A stretch of 64,000 nt of DNA from positions 11,780,001 through 11,844,000 of the forward strand of contig NC_135260.1 in assembly GCF_964204865.1 (NCBI RefSeq). Reading direction: 5' to 3'. Made by a program: the position numbers and the translations under genes. The notes below the pieces were generated by a model. The model was not told where the DNA came from. It made no database searches and saw only the letters and a program-made list of their open reading frames with translations. Origin of the DNA: Styela clava (taxonomy: Eukaryota). Of the stretch, positions 60,741 through 64,000 are shown one piece after another; positions within the stretch are counted from its first letter, which is position 1, and every line of letters starts with the position of its first letter.

Positions 60741-62305
60741 TGTGGCCCATGTATGCAGATGTGCTGGCCCAATTATATTCAATACCTATATATCTTCATG
60801 AGTGCGTGGCCCATGTATGCAGATGTGCTGGCCCAATTATATTCAATACCTATATCTTCATGAGTGCGTGGCCCATTTATGCAGATGAAGTGGCCCAATT
60901 ATATTCAATAACTATATATCTTCATGAGTGTGTGGCCCATTTATGCAGATGTACTGGGTCAATGATATTCAATGACTATATATCTTCATGAGTGTGTGGC
61001 CCATTTATGCAGATGTACTGGCCCAATGATATTCAATAACTGTATATCTTCATGAGTGTGTGGCCCATTTATGCAGATGTACTGGCTCAATGATATTCAA
61101 TGACTATATATCTTCATGAGTGTGTGGCCCATTTATGCAGATGTACTGGCCCAATGATATTCAATAACTATATATCTTCAGGAGTGTTTGGCCCATTTAT
61201 GCAGATGTACTGGCACAATGATATTTAATAACTATATATCTTCAGGAGTGTTTGGCCCATTCATGCAGATGTACTGGCCTAATGATATTCAATGACTATA
61301 TATCTTCAGGAATGTTTGGCCCATTTATGCAGATGTAATGGCTCAATGATATTCAATAACTATATATATTCATGAGTGTGTGGCCCATTTATGCAGATGT
61401 ACTGGCTCAATGATATTCAATGACTATATATATTCATGAGTGTGTGGCCCATTTATGCAGATGTACTGGCTCAATGATATTCAATGACTATATATCTTCA
61501 GGAGTGTTTGGCCCATTTATGCAGATGTACTGGCACAATGATATTCAATAACTATATATCTTCAGGAGTGTTTGGCCCATTTATGCAGATGTACTGGCTC
61601 AATGATATTCAATGACTATATATCTTCAGGAGTGTTTGGCCCATTTATGCAGAAGTACTGGCACAGTGATATTCAATGAATATATATCTTCAGGAGTGTT
61701 TGGCCCATTTATGCAGATGTACTGGCACAATGATATTCAATAACTATATATCTTCAGGAGTGTTTGGCCCATTTATGCAGATGTACTGGCCCAATGATAT
61801 TCAATAACTATATATCTTCATGAGTGTGTGGCCCATTTATGCAGATGTACTGGCTCAATGATATTCAATGACTATATATCTTCAGGAGTGTGTGGCCCAT
61901 TTATGCAGATGTACTGGCCCAATGATATTCAATAACTATATATCTTCATGAGTGTGTGGCCCATTTATGCAGATGTACTGGCCCAATGATATTCAATAAC
62001 TATACATCTTCATGAGTGTGTGGCCCATTTATGCAGATGTACTGGCACAATGATATTCAATAACTATATATCTTCATGAGTGTGTGGCCCATTTATGCAG
62101 ATGTACTGGCCCAATGATATTCAATAACTGTATATCTTCATGAGTGTGTGGCCCATTTATGCAGATGTACTGGCCCAATGATATTCAATAACTGTATATC
62201 TTCATGAGTGTGTGGCCCATTTATGCAGATGTACTGGCCCAATGATATTCAATAACTATATATCTTCAGGAGTGTTTGACCCATTTATGCAGATGTGCGC
62301 TGGTC
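60741..62305. repeat. 64-bp tandem satellite/minisatellite, about 24 copies
   Basis: Unit GTGTGGCCCATTTATGCAGATGTACTGGCCCAATGATATTCAATAACTATATATCTTCATGAGT; period 64 measured between 61131 and 61195. Confidence 0.97.
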
Positions 62306-62643
62306 CAATGGTATTCACGAGGATTTGCTAAAGTAACAGATGCATTAGCTTATGCCTGAAGTTGTAATAACATTAACTCAAGCCTATTTGGATTAGTGAT
62401 TTGAACCCTACAGCTGATCTGGGAACATTTGAATAGCTAATGATGTATCTTCATTCCACCCTATTTGAAATAAACAACTCAGGGGCCAGAATGAAAATAA
62501 TTGCTGTTCAAATTTTAATGCAAAATGAAAGTTATATACAATTATTAGAATCATTATAAAGAACAGTGATCGGACACCATCACAATGAAAATTGTATCTA
62601 CTATTCGGAACAGAATGAACAAATGAAACTACAATAAAAAATG

Positions 62644-62744
62644 GGACCTCTGAAGTATGTGCACCAAGATGGCGCACAACCTGAAATCAGGTTGTGTACC
62701 AGGTTAGGGTTCAGGAATGTTGGTGCGCATACTTCAAGAGTACC
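62644..62744. mobile_element. Merlin-like MITE (short, internally deleted)
   Basis: AAAAAATG|GGACCTCTGAAGTATGTGCACCAAGATGGCG...TTGGTGCGCATACTTCAAGAGTACC|AAAAAATG. Confidence 0.75.
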
Positions 62745-63799
62745 AAAAAATGTCATATGATTAAAAGAACTATTTTATATCGAATATCACCATTTTCTGA
62801 TAGGGTAGGTTCGGATTATTACTTTATAAGGTAATCAAAGGATTTTACATTTGATTACAATTTCGGAATCTTAATAGCAAAATTCAACATCTTGAAAAGG
62901 CATAAATTAGCACTTAAATTTAAAAAAAACTTATTTACATGATTAAATTAAGCAGTTTTGAGCGAAGAGACAGCTAGATAAAATATGAGCACGAGGAGAA
63001 GGCACTTTAAAACAGAACAGTATGACAATCACTGAGGAAATTAATCCCAAAATTAGCGATATTTAAAGTAGGCATTCATTTTCTACATTACATGCTAAAT
63101 GTAAGTATAAGAGGAGAATAAAAATTAACTTCATGAAAAATATCTTTAATAATTTATTCTAAGACGGACAGACACTAATTTGAATCACTGCCATTGTTTC
63201 AAACTTTTACAATATCTAACTTCCCAATTTAATAGTTTGGAGATTTGATGACATACGATTATTGTGCAAATACATTCAGTAAGGATATTGGTCCGCCATA
63301 AAAAAACAGGGTTGCAACTACACATTGAGCTGAACTAATCAGTACATCAATGTTAATTCATCAAACCACAATGCATTATACATTATTAGACTGTATAATC
63401 AAGTATTGTAATTAATAGTGAAACGCAAATGACATTTTACTGCTTTGCAAAGATTGCGCAAAATTTAAAGGAGCAATTATATTAATTTACATTGGTGTGT
63501 TTTCCATTGCTGGATTATCAAACGAAAATTCGATTTCTTCTTGCCCATTCTTTCTCTTTGCAGCATTGAGTGCAGCAGTCAGATTTTCTGCATCATTTGA
63601 GTCATCAAAGTCAATATCAATGTCATTCAACTCATCATATTCCTGACCCAATCCCTCTTGATCCTGTTATGAGATTGACATTATCTTACCGGCCGTGGAA
63701 AAGGACATTTTATGTTTTTATCAAGAAAAACACTACCTTACCTGGGTGCGTAGCATACACTAAGTACAATAACTCAAAAAGGGTTCTGAGGTTGATGCA

Positions 63800-63962
63800 T
63801 CGCGTTAAGGGCTAGGAATACGCTTACTCCACCATAAGTCTATGCATCTGAAGCAAATACTAATCCCATACCCGGCATGGAATGGTAACTCAACAACAGG
63901 CTGCGGTACGCCATAAAATTTGCTTTTTTCGCCCCGAGATAAAAAACGAAAATCTTATCCTA
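63800..63962 (+). mobile_element. Internally deleted, degenerate tRNA-SINE copy
   Basis: TAGGAATACGCT and CTAATCCCATACCCGGCATGGAATGGTAAC match the head and body of the 43403-43752 SINE read on its sense strand. Confidence 0.6.
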
Positions 63963-64000
63963 AGCTTTTGGATTATGGAAAACACATAAATTGATGATAT

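Noticed and set aside
60741-62305. CRISPR-like array
   Set aside because: Units are contiguous near-identical monomers with no unique spacers, no cas genes, and the context is eukaryotic.

Overview
AT-rich, intron-containing eukaryotic (animal) genomic DNA. The compact GT-AG introns, Not homeobox gene and repeat types suggest an invertebrate chordate such as an ascidian (inference only). No prokaryotic, phage or CRISPR signal. From left to right: (1) a candidate small secreted-protein gene at the left edge; (2) SEC61G; (3) a ~19 kb tandem array (B1-A1-B2-A2) of an unrecognised multi-exon gene family with MG(S/L)- N-termini (MGSNCC in the A copies), including a recent ~6.1 kb segmental duplication, with B2 split by a decayed Academ transposon; (4) a coiled-coil ORF; (5) an intronless Not homeobox gene; (6) PQBP1; (7) a 6.6 kb Foldback/Mutator-like element (9-bp TSD, arms of ~420-bp tandem units) with a nested Harbinger-like element; (8) tRNA-derived SINEs and a CR1/L2 fragment; (9) an 11-coding-exon secreted CUB-MAM-TIL gene; (10) a cluster of MITEs, two sharing one target site; (11) a 718-aa KIAA1586/ZNF862-like hAT transposase ORF with no visible TIRs; (12) a 64-bp satellite. 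All gene models were spliced by eye and need RNA-seq or homology confirmation.
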